A stretch of DNA of 27,610 nt from a virus (IMGVR_UViG_3300030207_000665:1-27610); one strand, 5' to 3'; counted from the first letter of the stretch, positions 1 to 10,113 are shown. Notes: generated by a model from the sequence alone, not told the origin. Numbers and translations: made by a program.

Positions 1-933
1 AAGTCAGACATTCTATTTAGGGGTATCAAGACATCAGCAGGTAATCAAACAGCAAGTCTAAAATCTTTGCAGGGCATAAGTACTTGGGTGCTTGATGAAG
101 CAGAAGAACTTATAGACGAGGATATATTTGATACTATAGATTTAAGTATTAGAGAAAAAGAAGTACAGAATAGAATTATACTTATACTTAATCCTGTTAC
201 TAAAGAACATTGGATATACAAAAGGTTTTTTGAAGACAAAGGTGTAGAAGCAGGTTTTAACGGTGTTAAAGGAAATGTATGCTATATACACTCTACATAT
301 CTAGACAATAAAGATAATCTGTCACAGAGCTTCTTAGAGCGTATAAACACTATAAAGCAAAGAAACATAAAAAAATATAAGCATAAGATATTAGGTGGCT
401 GGCTAGACAAAGCAGAAGGTGTAGTGTTTGAGAATTGGAGTATAGGAGAATTTAATCCTGACGGTCTACAGACATCTTGCGGAATGGACTTTGGTTTTAG
501 TGTAGACCCTGATAGTTTAACAGAAGTAGCTATAGACAAACGTAAACACAAGATATACTTAAAAGAACATATATACAAAAACGGTTTAAAGTCAAACGAA
601 CTAGCACAAATTATTTTAGACAAAGTAGGTGATAAATTAATTATAGCTGATAGTGCAGAGCCTAGACTTATTGCAGACCTTAGACACTTAGGAGTAAATA
701 TAAAGCCTGTAAAAAAAGGTACTATAGAAAGTGGTGTAACTCGTATGCAAGATTATGAGTTAGTTATAACACCAGAAAGCACAAACATAGCTAAAGAATT
801 AAACAACTATGTATATGCAGATAAAGGCTCAAAGCTCTATGTAGACAACTACAATCATGCTATTGATGGGGTGCGTTATAATGTTATATATCACTTAGAC
901 AATCCTAATGCAGGTAAGTATTTTGTACAGTAA
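1..933 (+). CDS. terL: Terminase large subunit (PBSX-like), 5'-truncated by the window edge
   Basis: Frame is open from base 1 (KSDILFRGIKTSAGNQTASLKSLQG...). Walker B WVLDEAEE, coupling motif LNP, HSTYLDN, and nuclease motifs GMDFGF, ADSAEP and NHAIDGVRY. Confidence 0.95.
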   Translation, partial: KSDILFRGIKTSAGNQTASLKSLQGISTWVLDEAEELIDEDIFDTIDLSIREKEVQNRIILILNPVTKEHWIYKRFFEDKGVEAGFNGVKGNVCYIHSTYLDNKDNLSQSFLERINTIKQRNIKKYKHKILGGWLDKAEGVVFENWSIGEFNPDGLQTSCGMDFGFSVDPDSLTEVAIDKRKHKIYLKEHIYKNGLKSNELAQIILDKVGDKLIIADSAEPRLIADLRHLGVNIKPVKKGTIESGVTRMQDYELVITPESTNIAKELNNYVYADKGSKLYVDNYNHAIDGVRYNVIYHLDNPNAGKYFVQ

Positions 934-961
934 ACTAAATTTAACAAATTTCTATTATATA
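931..961 (+). promoter_or_regulatory. Putative late promoter, copy 1 (TAAAC-N15-TCTATTATATA)
   Basis: TCTATTATAT at 951-960, 5 nt before ATG 966. The motif recurs at 4 other gene boundaries. Confidence 0.7.
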
Positions 962-965
962 TTAG

Positions 966-1565
966 ATGAAAGTCAAAATCAAGAAAGAAGGAAAAGTAAA
1001 AGAGTTTAAGCTTATAAATAGTTGGGAAGATGTAACTCTAGAAAAGTGGTTAAAGTTAATTGATTTTAAAGAGGACAGTAAGACAAAAGAAGCAGAGGAA
1101 ACTATAGCAGCTTTATCAAATATTCCTAAACAATTAGTAAGGGAATTAGACTTAAAAGATGTTGCGGTTTTGATGGATAAGTTAAGCGGTTTACAGAAAA
1201 AAAACAATAGTTCTTTAAAAAAGATAATTGAAATAGATGGCATAGAGTACGGTTTTCACCCTGACTTAGATAGTATTACGTTAGGTGAATATGCAGATAT
1301 AGAAACATTTATAAAAGAAGGTTTAGAAAATAACATGCCTGAGATAATGGCTATATTGTATAGACCTATAAAAGAAAAGAAAAATGACATCTATATTATT
1401 GATGCTTATGATGGGAATATTACAATGCGGGCAGAAGAAATGAAAAAGATGACGGCAGAGCAGGTGCAATCAGCACTGGTTTTTTTTTGGACTTTAGGAA
1501 AAGAATTGTCGCTGATTTTGCCATTGTATTTGATGCAACGGCTGAAGGGAATGACGAAGCAATAG
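966..1565 (+). CDS. Putative tail assembly chaperone (gpG-like)
   Basis: 199 aa. Contains a T9 slippery run (1480-1488) leading into an overlapping -1 frame ORF, the typical G/GT arrangement. Confidence 0.65.
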   Translation: MKVKIKKEGKVKEFKLINSWEDVTLEKWLKLIDFKEDSKTKEAEETIAALSNIPKQLVRELDLKDVAVLMDKLSGLQKKNNSSLKKIIEIDGIEYGFHPDLDSITLGEYADIETFIKEGLENNMPEIMAILYRPIKEKKNDIYIIDAYDGNITMRAEEMKKMTAEQVQSALVFFWTLGKELSLILPLYLMQRLKGMTKQ

Positions 1566-1741
1566 CGACAGAAAGCTTTGCAGAAAAATGGGGTTGGTTT
1601 GGAGTGATGTATAGATTAACAAATGGACAGATAGTAAACTTAGAAAGAATAACTAATTTAGGACTGTTAGAATGTTTGACTTGGTTAAGTTATGAAACAG
1701 ATTTAAATTTACAAAATAAAGTTAAAACAAATGGTAAATAA
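1487..1741 (+). CDS. -1 frame extension of the tail assembly chaperone (gpT-like)
   Basis: Begins exactly at the T9 run, in the -1 frame relative to 966..1565. It has only a TTG start inside the run. Contains KWGWF and LTWLSYE. Confidence 0.65.
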   Translation: MDFRKRIVADFAIVFDATAEGNDEAIATESFAEKWGWFGVMYRLTNGQIVNLERITNLGLLECLTWLSYETDLNLQNKVKTNGK

Positions 1742-2276
1742 TAAGACTTATAACAATGTAGTAAACACTTTGCTTAGAATAGGTGAGTATCACGAACAGA
1801 TAAGTACAACGTCTGTAGGTGATATATACGATATTAACTTAGAGAAGATGGAGAAGTTTCCGCTTATGCACGTAAACCCTACATCAGTAACTACAGGAGA
1901 TAGTCAACTTACTTATAACTTTCAAATCTTTGTAATGGATATGGTAGGAGAAAAATCAGACTGGCAAACTAAACAGCATGAGCTTTTGACTAAGTTAGTA
2001 AACACTAAGAACAACGAGCAGGAAGTATTTAATCAAACACTTAATATTTGTACAGACATTATAGGAATGTTAAGGCATAGTTCAAGACAATCTATAGCTG
2101 GAGTTAATGATATTAATAAACCTGTTTATTTTACGCAAGACCAATTTACAATAGAGCCTTTTCAAGAAAGGTTTGACAACTTGTGTTGCGGTTATGTGTT
2201 TACTTTAGGTGTATTAGTACAGAACGACTTTGATACTTGTAATATACCTGTTACAGATGCAGGTGCTGGTTACTAA
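1731..2276 (+). CDS. Putative tail terminator/neck-type virion protein
   Basis: 181 aa in the tail block with predicted beta-rich pattern (FPLMHV, YNFQIFVMD, IEPFQERFDN). Function inferred from size and context. Confidence 0.45.
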   Translation: MVNNKTYNNVVNTLLRIGEYHEQISTTSVGDIYDINLEKMEKFPLMHVNPTSVTTGDSQLTYNFQIFVMDMVGEKSDWQTKQHELLTKLVNTKNNEQEVFNQTLNICTDIIGMLRHSSRQSIAGVNDINKPVYFTQDQFTIEPFQERFDNLCCGYVFTLGVLVQNDFDTCNIPVTDAGAGY

Positions 2277-2347
2277 TGAAATTTAAGATAGGAAGATTAA
2301 TAATAGAAATAGGTTGGAAGAAATTTAAAATAACATTGAAGCTATGA
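2276..2347 (+). CDS. Small 23-aa basic/hydrophobic peptide MKFKIGRLIIEIGWKKFKITLKL (not in ORF track)
   Basis: Fills the gap exactly, with a TAATG overlap upstream and an ATGA overlap downstream. Confidence 0.55.
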   Translation: MKFKIGRLIIEIGWKKFKITLKL

Positions 2348-2694
2348 ACTACGAAGATATATTAGAAAAGTTAGAAGAAATAAGTATTAAATTAGAAAGC
2401 TATACTGATTACCCTCAAGCTGCAACTAACAACGCGAAAAGAGCAAGAAAATGGAAAGAAGAAAATGGTACAACTTGCGGAACACCTATAGGGTGGCGAA
2501 GAAGTTCACAAATCGCAGACAGAAAACCGATTAGCCGAGAAACGATTGCACGTGTTGCAAGTTTCAAAAGACACCAACAATATAAAGATGTTCCTTACTC
2601 AGAAGGCTGTGGAGGTCTAATGTGGGATGCTTGGGGAGGTTCAAGCATGATAAATTGGGCAATAAATAAATTAAAACAAATAGATAAAAAATAA
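2344..2694 (+). CDS. Conserved phage hypothetical protein (YTDYP...WDAWGG domain)
   Basis: 116 aa. Motifs YTDYPxAAxNNAKRA, SRETIxRxASFxRH and GCGGLMWDAWGG resemble a domain recurrent in phage head-gene regions. Confidence 0.6.
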   Translation: MNYEDILEKLEEISIKLESYTDYPQAATNNAKRARKWKEENGTTCGTPIGWRRSSQIADRKPISRETIARVASFKRHQQYKDVPYSEGCGGLMWDAWGGSSMINWAINKLKQIDKK

Positions 2695-2695
2695 A

Positions 2696-3145
2696 ATGGC
2701 AGATTTAACAACAACAATTACAGAGAATGTCGTATTGAATGGTTCGGTACGAGGTTCAACAAACACACTTACAACTACAAATATAGTAGATGTATTTGAA
2801 AGAATATTAACTTGTACTCATTCGCAGACTACAACAGTAACAGTATTTAATTCTACTCCTCATGGTGCAGATGGTGCTTTAGATGTAGAGAATTGTAAAT
2901 ACTTTAGAATTACTAACCTTAGTACTGACCAGGACATGAAGGTTGCATTTGTAACAGCAGCTACTAACTATCAAGTAACAGTTAGAGCAGGAGGTTCGCA
3001 CGTTCTATATCAAACTGAAAACATTTTAATAGGTGAAGAAGATGCAAGTCCTGCATTCCCTACATTAGAAGACTTAGTTACAGTAGAGGTAAGACCAGCA
3101 GCTACAACTGATGTTCAAGTAGAAGTATTTGCTGCACTTGTATAA
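2696..3145 (+). CDS. Putative virion structural protein
   Basis: 149 aa, Thr/Val-rich, MADLT start, located in the structural block. Confidence 0.55.
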   Translation: MADLTTTITENVVLNGSVRGSTNTLTTTNIVDVFERILTCTHSQTTTVTVFNSTPHGADGALDVENCKYFRITNLSTDQDMKVAFVTAATNYQVTVRAGGSHVLYQTENILIGEEDASPAFPTLEDLVTVEVRPAATTDVQVEVFAALV

Positions 3146-3672
3146 TGAAAACAGAAGCTCTGGAAAGATATCTTAATAGCTTTGGTAAACAAGTAGTAAA
3201 AGAAGCTAAAGGCAATCTAGCAAAAGCTGATAAGGCAGGAGCTTTACAAAACTCTATTAATTTCTTTGTTATAAAAAAAGGAAATACAGTTACAGTAAGA
3301 TTTAAGATGGCATCTTATGGTAAGTATGTAGACAAAGGAGTTTCTGGTAATAAAGTAAAAAGAAGTTATATAGACACGTCAGGTAAAAAGGTTACAAGTC
3401 CGTATAAATATACTAATAAGCAGCCTCCAGCTAGTATGATACAAAAATGGATAAAAAGGAAAGGTTTAGAAACAAAAGGATTGGGAAGAGGTCGTGATAA
3501 AAAGACTGGTCAATATGTTTCTAATTTAGCATTCTTTATAGCTAGAAGTATAAAGAGCAAAGGTATACAGGGTATAAGTTTTTTTTCAAAACCTGTAATG
3601 CTTGGAATGAAAAATTTTAGTAAAGGTGTAGGTAAATCGTTAAAACAAGATATATTAAAAAATTTACAATAA
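3145..3672 (+). CDS. Putative neck/tail-completion protein (HK97 gp10-like)
   Basis: Basic 175 aa with GALQNSI, YGKYVDKG, WIKRKG and ARSIKSKGIQGISFF motifs. Confidence 0.55.
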   Translation: MKTEALERYLNSFGKQVVKEAKGNLAKADKAGALQNSINFFVIKKGNTVTVRFKMASYGKYVDKGVSGNKVKRSYIDTSGKKVTSPYKYTNKQPPASMIQKWIKRKGLETKGLGRGRDKKTGQYVSNLAFFIARSIKSKGIQGISFFSKPVMLGMKNFSKGVGKSLKQDILKNLQ

Positions 3673-5097
3673 ATGACAACAATAGAACAGAAACCATTAT
3701 ATACACAGTTACCTGTAGGTCAAGAGGTTATTTTTGTAGTTTCTAATAACACAATAGTAAGCAATCAAACTAATGTAAGGTTTATAGCGGAAGTGCATAT
3801 AAGTAACGAATCTCCCCCTAATATAAATACAAGCACAGATGTAGTAGGAACATTTAAAACTACACCAAACAATGCAGGAGTTGGTATATTTGATTTTAGG
3901 CAAATAGTAGAAAATTATGTGGCTGCAGATAATATGGCAGCAGTATTAAGTACTTACAAAGGAACTGTTGCAACTTTTGGTGCCACAATATCAGACGTAG
4001 AAGCAAAATGGCCTATTCATTTAATAGATAAATATTCAAGAAATATAAACTCTATGAGGTGGTTAGCAATAGTATTTAAAACACAATACACCGATACAAA
4101 TGGTGATATACAGACAGTTAATCCGCAACCTTCTCAAGATTATAAAATATTTAATTCTTATTTAAAATATACTGATATACTTACAATGGGCACAGCACCT
4201 AATGAAAATGATTTCGGTTTTGATTTAGACGCTTTTATTTTTAATCCAGTAGACCCTACTACAAGAAAATTTTTAACTAATGCACCTACTACTCAATATG
4301 CTAATATAGATGATTACGGAACGCTAGCTTATCTTTCACCTAATGATGATTTACACCAAATAAGATTTAGATATTTAAGTAGTACAGGTAGTGTATTAGG
4401 AACTGAAAATGTAGATAGAGACGTAGCAAATGGTGCTTATGCAGTATTCAGTAATTTTATTTCTAATCACCTTTATTATTTTGGTTGCTTTCCTGGAAAT
4501 CTTAGAAATTGGAGTACAACTTTTAAAGCTTTAGTTACAGCAGGAACTATTGACGGTGGTAGCATTCAAATAGGAGCATATAATGTAGGTGGTAGTCAAA
4601 TATCTCAACAGTACACAATAAAAGTTAATTGCCCTGACTTAAAAGGTTTTGAAAGCATACGTCTATGTTGGCTTAACCAGTGGGGTGCTTGGGATTATTA
4701 TACGTTCACTAAAAAGTCAATAAGGAATATAACAACTACAGGCTCAACATACGAGCAGCTAGCAGGAACTTGGAATTCAAGCACATACAAAGTAGATAGT
4801 TACAAAGGGGGTAAAAAAGCTTTTAGAGTTAACGCTACAGAAAAAATAACAATGAACTCAGACTTTGTGAGTGAAGATGAAAATGTAATGTTTGAAGAAT
4901 TAATAAACAGTCCAGAAGTTTACATATTAAAAGGGTATCAAGATATAACAGAAACTAATTCAGCACTTAATCAATATGTTATACCTGTAAGACTTACAAC
5001 ATCAAGTTTTACAAAAAAGACAATAGCAAATGATAAGTTAATACAGTATACATTTGAAGTAGAAAAAAGTAAAACCTTAAGAACACAGTCAGTATAA
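3673..5097 (+). CDS. Tail structural protein (distal tail/baseplate-like)
   Basis: 474 aa with C-terminal WLNQWGAWDYYTF and EELINSPEVY motifs typical of tail-tip proteins in Bacteroidota phages. Confidence 0.6.
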   Translation: MTTIEQKPLYTQLPVGQEVIFVVSNNTIVSNQTNVRFIAEVHISNESPPNINTSTDVVGTFKTTPNNAGVGIFDFRQIVENYVAADNMAAVLSTYKGTVATFGATISDVEAKWPIHLIDKYSRNINSMRWLAIVFKTQYTDTNGDIQTVNPQPSQDYKIFNSYLKYTDILTMGTAPNENDFGFDLDAFIFNPVDPTTRKFLTNAPTTQYANIDDYGTLAYLSPNDDLHQIRFRYLSSTGSVLGTENVDRDVANGAYAVFSNFISNHLYYFGCFPGNLRNWSTTFKALVTAGTIDGGSIQIGAYNVGGSQISQQYTIKVNCPDLKGFESIRLCWLNQWGAWDYYTFTKKSIRNITTTGSTYEQLAGTWNSSTYKVDSYKGGKKAFRVNATEKITMNSDFVSEDENVMFEELINSPEVYILKGYQDITETNSALNQYVIPVRLTTSSFTKKTIANDKLIQYTFEVEKSKTLRTQSV

Positions 5098-7808
5098 TGA
5101 GCGTACAATTAATAGTTTTCCCTCAGTATTTTGATGGCACCACACCATTAAGCCCGTTGACTCAACAAATGGTGGTAGATGGTATTAATTTTAATAATAT
5201 ACCAAATTCTTCATCTACTTTAAATATAACAGGTGCTTTACCTCAAACTTTTATTGACACGTACGCAACAGCTTCATCTTCTACATTTACTGATAACACT
5301 TGGTATAGATTTAGTAGTACAGGTTCACAAATGCAAAGAACATTCTCAGGAACCAGTAATATTTATTACTTAATATTTGCAAACGGTCAAGGGGTTTTAC
5401 AGCAATTATCTAATTTAATTACAGGCGCTTTATATGAGTTTACTTTAGATATAACTACAAATGGAGGGTTAACAGTTTATCAATACACAAATAACATTCT
5501 TCAAAGCACAAATGTGGTTGCAGGAACGGGCGTACAAACAATTCAATTTACAGCACAGTCTACAAATGATATAATTGTAATACAAGCTTCAGGTTCAAGC
5601 CTTATAGAAACTTTATCTTGTTTAATATCTCCACAAAATCCTTCTGAAATAATAAATATAATAAACAATGGTCAAGTCATTTTAGACCTTTACGAAGATG
5701 AAGATATACCGTTAAGTCTTAGCGTAGATGAATTTAAAAATGTAGCTGAACAAATACAATCTTACTCAAAGGCATTTAACTTACCAGCAACAAAAAGAAA
5801 CAATCAAATCTTTGACAATATATTTGAAGTAACAAGAATTGATACAGGGCTAAATTTTAATCCTTATAAAAAAACAAAATGTATTCTTAAGCAAGATGGG
5901 TTTCTTTTATTTGAGGGCTTCTTAAGGTTAATAGATATATCAGACAAATCAGGTGAAATTAGTTACAATGTAAATTTATACTCAGAGGCAATTGCTTTAG
6001 CTGATGTATTAGGAGATAGAACATTTAACGACATTGATTTTTATGAATTAAATCACGATTATAATTTTACTACAATTAGATTATCTTGGAATGAAAGTGG
6101 TGGCGCTTCAACGTACTTCCCTTTCACACATGATGAAGATTCAGGATTTAGAAGTTATCATACTACAATAAAATATCCGTTTTGTGACTGGACTCATAAT
6201 ATGTTAACGAACAGAACTCTAAGTCAACTTGAAGACGCATTTAGACCTTTCATACAAATTAAATATTTGATTAATAGAATATTTGCAAATACAGACTTCA
6301 CGTATACAAGTAGTTTCTTTGATAGTGCTGATTTTGAGAAGTTGTATATGGATTTTAATTGGGGAAATAATCCCGATGGTTCTGTTCCTTTTTTAACAAG
6401 TAATTTTAAACAGGCAGATGACACTTCAAGTGATTACTTTATAAATGAAAGTTCTTATACTGCAGCTTCTAAATTAAGATTTAATACTACACTATCTGGT
6501 GTAGCTGATTATTGGGATAATACAAACTTCAAGTTTACTGCACCTTCTAATAACTATGATGTTACTTGTGAATATGATATAAAGCTAGAAAGTGACGCAA
6601 TTGTAAGTACTTATTCAAATAATTTAAGGATTGCAAAATTTAATTCATCAGGCCAATGGTTACAAACATTTGATGAAGATAATAGTTCTATTGCTGCAGG
6701 TGGCAGTAAATTTATGTCAGGTACTTTTACAACCACATTACAGTCAGGAGAATATATACAGGCTCAAAGCTATGCTCTTACTCCAAATAAAATTAGAATG
6801 GGTAATGATACTCCTGCTAGCTTTTTACAATTTTTTTCAAGCACTAATGAAGTTCAGGCTTATGTGCTTTTAAATAAATTAAGAGGAGACCTCGGTCAAT
6901 GGGAATTTATAAGAGGTATTATGACTATGTTTAATCTTATAACTATACCAGATGAAAATAATCCTAATAATATAATAATAGAGCCTTACAATGATATATT
7001 CTTAGAAAACGCAGATACTAAAGAATTAAACTGGACAGAAAAAATTGATGTAACTGAAATGAAGCTTTTGCCTTTAACTGAACTTAACAGAAAGACTTCT
7101 TTTAAATTTGTTGAGGATGAAGATGATTATATTTTTAGCCAGTACAAGAAGTCAGTAGTACAGCCAGCTACAGGAACAGGGTTTTTATACGGAAGCCACA
7201 TAATTGACGCTTCTGATTTTACTATACTGACGGGAGAAAAAGAAATAATTGCAGAGCCTTTTGCAGCTACAATTCCTAAACCTTATGATGAGTATGATAC
7301 AGAATTAATCGTGCCAACTTTATACAAAATGAATGATGACGGCACTACAGAGGCTTTTGAAAATAGCCCTCGTATAATGTTTAATATTGGTCAAAAAACT
7401 TTAGCAGTAGATTTATACAATGTGCCTGCTCAGAATGGCGTTTCAGCAGTTAATGATGTAGATGGCTTTTTACAGTTTAGTCACTTGACAGATACTCCTA
7501 CAGTCACGTCTTCTCCACCTGCAACTACAGACACACAGGACTTTCATTTTGGTTTATGCCAGCTAATAGACCCTGTTGGTAATCCTACATTAAACAATTT
7601 ATACGGTATGTATTGGGAGCCTTATTTTAATGAGTTATACAACCCTGACACTAGGACTATGACTATAAAAGTCAATTTAACGCCGTCAGACATAAATACT
7701 TTTAACTTCTTTGATACTGTAATGATAAAGAACAGAAAATACAGGGTTAATAGAATTGATTACAAGCCAAATGATTTAGCAACTGTTGAATTTATACTTA
7801 TACCATAA
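5097..7808 (+). CDS. Large tail-tip/hub protein with inserted beta-rich domains
   Basis: 903 aa. LDLYEDEDIPL...SYSKAFNLPATKRNN near the N-terminus and DINTFNFFDTVMIKNRKYRVNRIDY at the C-terminus. Confidence 0.65.
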   Translation: MSVQLIVFPQYFDGTTPLSPLTQQMVVDGINFNNIPNSSSTLNITGALPQTFIDTYATASSSTFTDNTWYRFSSTGSQMQRTFSGTSNIYYLIFANGQGVLQQLSNLITGALYEFTLDITTNGGLTVYQYTNNILQSTNVVAGTGVQTIQFTAQSTNDIIVIQASGSSLIETLSCLISPQNPSEIINIINNGQVILDLYEDEDIPLSLSVDEFKNVAEQIQSYSKAFNLPATKRNNQIFDNIFEVTRIDTGLNFNPYKKTKCILKQDGFLLFEGFLRLIDISDKSGEISYNVNLYSEAIALADVLGDRTFNDIDFYELNHDYNFTTIRLSWNESGGASTYFPFTHDEDSGFRSYHTTIKYPFCDWTHNMLTNRTLSQLEDAFRPFIQIKYLINRIFANTDFTYTSSFFDSADFEKLYMDFNWGNNPDGSVPFLTSNFKQADDTSSDYFINESSYTAASKLRFNTTLSGVADYWDNTNFKFTAPSNNYDVTCEYDIKLESDAIVSTYSNNLRIAKFNSSGQWLQTFDEDNSSIAAGGSKFMSGTFTTTLQSGEYIQAQSYALTPNKIRMGNDTPASFLQFFSSTNEVQAYVLLNKLRGDLGQWEFIRGIMTMFNLITIPDENNPNNIIIEPYNDIFLENADTKELNWTEKIDVTEMKLLPLTELNRKTSFKFVEDEDDYIFSQYKKSVVQPATGTGFLYGSHIIDASDFTILTGEKEIIAEPFAATIPKPYDEYDTELIVPTLYKMNDDGTTEAFENSPRIMFNIGQKTLAVDLYNVPAQNGVSAVNDVDGFLQFSHLTDTPTVTSSPPATTDTQDFHFGLCQLIDPVGNPTLNNLYGMYWEPYFNELYNPDTRTMTIKVNLTPSDINTFNFFDTVMIKNRKYRVNRIDYKPNDLATVEFILIP

Positions 7809-8665
7809 TGAGCAAAACTACACTTACAAATTTTAAAACAGGATTTAATGTAAAGCCTAGTTCAGTCAACAATTTTGGTGACGTAACATTTACAGATGGA
7901 ACTAATGAGTTACAACCTAATCAACTTCAATGCGAAGCTTACGGATATACATATAATCCAGCCACTGGAACGTGTAGAGCCTTTCAATATAGTAACACTT
8001 TGTCTACAGCTATAACTAATGAGACAAACGTAGTAAAAGGTCAAGGTAACACTACTATACCAGGTAGTAACAATATTTATATACTAGGAGAAAATAATAC
8101 TGCAAACGCTTTATCTAAAAATGTAATTATATCTGGTACAAATAATCAAGTTGCTGAAAGTGTTTATAATTCAAACGTTTTTGGAACTTTAGGTAACGCT
8201 ACAGCAGATAACTCAATAGTATTAGGAGGAAATACTACAGGTGATATTTTAGGCGAAAGGCAGAGCATACAAGTTATGTATGGCGGACAAACTAATAACG
8301 GAACAAATACAATTACTTATTTAAATAATACTACTGATAAGCTTTTGCCTGTTCCTGAGAATGCTGTAATGTATTTTCATGCAGACGTTATAGCTGTAAG
8401 AATAGGTGGTGCGGCAGCTTCTGGTAATGTTGGTGACTATGCGTCTTGGGTTGAGCGTGGAGTTATAATAAATGAAAGCGGTACGTTGAGTGTAAACAGG
8501 GAAAGAGATTCAATAAAAAGTAATGGAGAGGTAACAGGGTGGCAGCCTACAGGAATAGCTTCAGGCACAAACTTTGCAATGCGAGTAAGAGGGGCAACAG
8601 ATATGCGAATAGAATGGTGTAGTAATATAACATTTACACAAATACAAACAAGTGTAGCACTTTAA
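7808..8665 (+). CDS. Putative tail fibre/spike protein
   Basis: 285 aa with Asn/Gly/Thr-rich short imperfect repeats (GxNN type) suggesting a beta-solenoid. Follows the tail-tip gene. Confidence 0.5.
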   Translation: MSKTTLTNFKTGFNVKPSSVNNFGDVTFTDGTNELQPNQLQCEAYGYTYNPATGTCRAFQYSNTLSTAITNETNVVKGQGNTTIPGSNNIYILGENNTANALSKNVIISGTNNQVAESVYNSNVFGTLGNATADNSIVLGGNTTGDILGERQSIQVMYGGQTNNGTNTITYLNNTTDKLLPVPENAVMYFHADVIAVRIGGAAASGNVGDYASWVERGVIINESGTLSVNRERDSIKSNGEVTGWQPTGIASGTNFAMRVRGATDMRIEWCSNITFTQIQTSVAL

Positions 8666-8676
8666 AAATATAAGAT

Positions 8677-10113
8677 ATGGCAGATGAAACAATAAATTTA
8701 GAAGTTAAAAGTAATTTAGGAGATGTATCTAAAGACGCTCAAAATGCAGCAGGTGATTTAAAAATTATGGGGGTTTCTCTTAATGGGATTAAGGCTGGTT
8801 TTACTAGTGCGATGGGTGCTGCAAAGTCAATGTTTTCTTCTGTTAAAGCAGGATTAATAACATCAGGAATAGGTGTATTTGCTTTAGCTGTAGCATCTTT
8901 AGTACAATACTTTAGAGATAGTGAAGAAGGTGCTAGTAAATTTAAACAAATAACATCACAGTTAGGAGTTGTTATAGGTAACGTAACAGATATAGTTTCT
9001 GATTTAGGTAAGGGTCTATTTAATTTAATTACAGGAAACATAAAAGGTTTTAAAGATAGTCTTGCTGATGTTACTGAAGGTGTTAAAAATTTCGGTGAAC
9101 AAACTAAAAAAGAAATGGAAATGGCTAATCAGTTAGAAAAAGACAGGTTAGCACTACAACAGTTTGAGAGGGAAGCTATGGTTGACAAAGCTGAAACTGA
9201 GAAGGAAATGATGAGGCTCAGATTATTAGCTAGAGATGAAGAAAATGCAACACTAGCAGAAAGGTTAGCAGCGATGCGAGAAGCAAATAAATTAGCAGAC
9301 GAGCAGTTAAAAAAAGACTTACACGTTGCTAATGAAAAGCTAAGAATGAGGCAAGAAGAAAATACCTATAATAAATCTAGTAAGGAAAATCTTGATGAAG
9401 AAGCTAGGTTAGAAGCTGAAGTATTTAGAATACAAAGGTCTAATTTTAGTGAGCGTAAGAGAATGAAAAGTGAAGAACAGGCTCTTGTAAAACAGGTTGC
9501 AGCACTAGAAAAAGCTGAGTTAAAAGCTATTGAAGATGAAAAAAATAGAATAGCAAAAGAAGATGAAGCAAGAAGAAAGAAGGAAGAAGAAGAAGCAAAA
9601 AAAGCAGCAGAAAAAGAAATTGCTTTAGCTAAAAAAGTAGCAGATGAAAAAAAGGCAATTGCAAAAGCTGAAGAAGATTTTAAGAAAGCAACAATAGAAA
9701 AAGGTTTTGGTGCAGCAGCAGCACTAGCGGGTGAAAATGCTGCGTTATCTAAAGGAGTAGCAGCAGCACAAACTGTATTTCAAACACAGCAGGGTATTAT
9801 GGCTGCGATGGGAGCAACTTCTGTAGGAGATAAACTACTACCTTACCCTGTACGTCTTGCTAATGCTATAGCTACTGGAGTTATGGGTGCAGCAGCACTA
9901 GCAAAAATTATGTCTACAGACCCTACAGGAGCAGGAGCGTCAGCTAGCACACCTACAGCTACAGCTCAAACACCAGCACCTCAAATGATGTCAGGAGCTT
10001 TTGAATTAACAGGTGCAGTAGAGCCTGACCCTTTAAGAGCTTATGTTGTAACAGATGAAATGACTAATAGTCAGAATCAATTAGCAAATATTAGAAGACG
10101 TGCTACAATTTAA
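8677..10113 (+). CDS. Putative tape measure protein (short)
   Basis: 478 aa. Ala/Gly-rich hydrophobic segments (GIGVFALAVASLV) flank a long E/K/A coiled coil. Confidence 0.65.
   Translation: MADETINLEVKSNLGDVSKDAQNAAGDLKIMGVSLNGIKAGFTSAMGAAKSMFSSVKAGLITSGIGVFALAVASLVQYFRDSEEGASKFKQITSQLGVVIGNVTDIVSDLGKGLFNLITGNIKGFKDSLADVTEGVKNFGEQTKKEMEMANQLEKDRLALQQFEREAMVDKAETEKEMMRLRLLARDEENATLAERLAAMREANKLADEQLKKDLHVANEKLRMRQEENTYNKSSKENLDEEARLEAEVFRIQRSNFSERKRMKSEEQALVKQVAALEKAELKAIEDEKNRIAKEDEARRKKEEEEAKKAAEKEIALAKKVADEKKAIAKAEEDFKKATIEKGFGAAAALAGENAALSKGVAAAQTVFQTQQGIMAAMGATSVGDKLLPYPVRLANAIATGVMGAAALAKIMSTDPTGAGASASTPTATAQTPAPQMMSGAFELTGAVEPDPLRAYVVTDEMTNSQNQLANIRRRATI

Noticed and set aside
6631-6873. 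80-aa alternative-frame ORF inside the large tail gene
   Set aside because: Fully nested, TTG start, no motif or coupling signal.
9520-9700. GAA/AAA/GCA-rich low-complexity tract
   Set aside because: Explained by the E/K/A coiled coil of the tape-measure candidate; not a DNA-level repeat.
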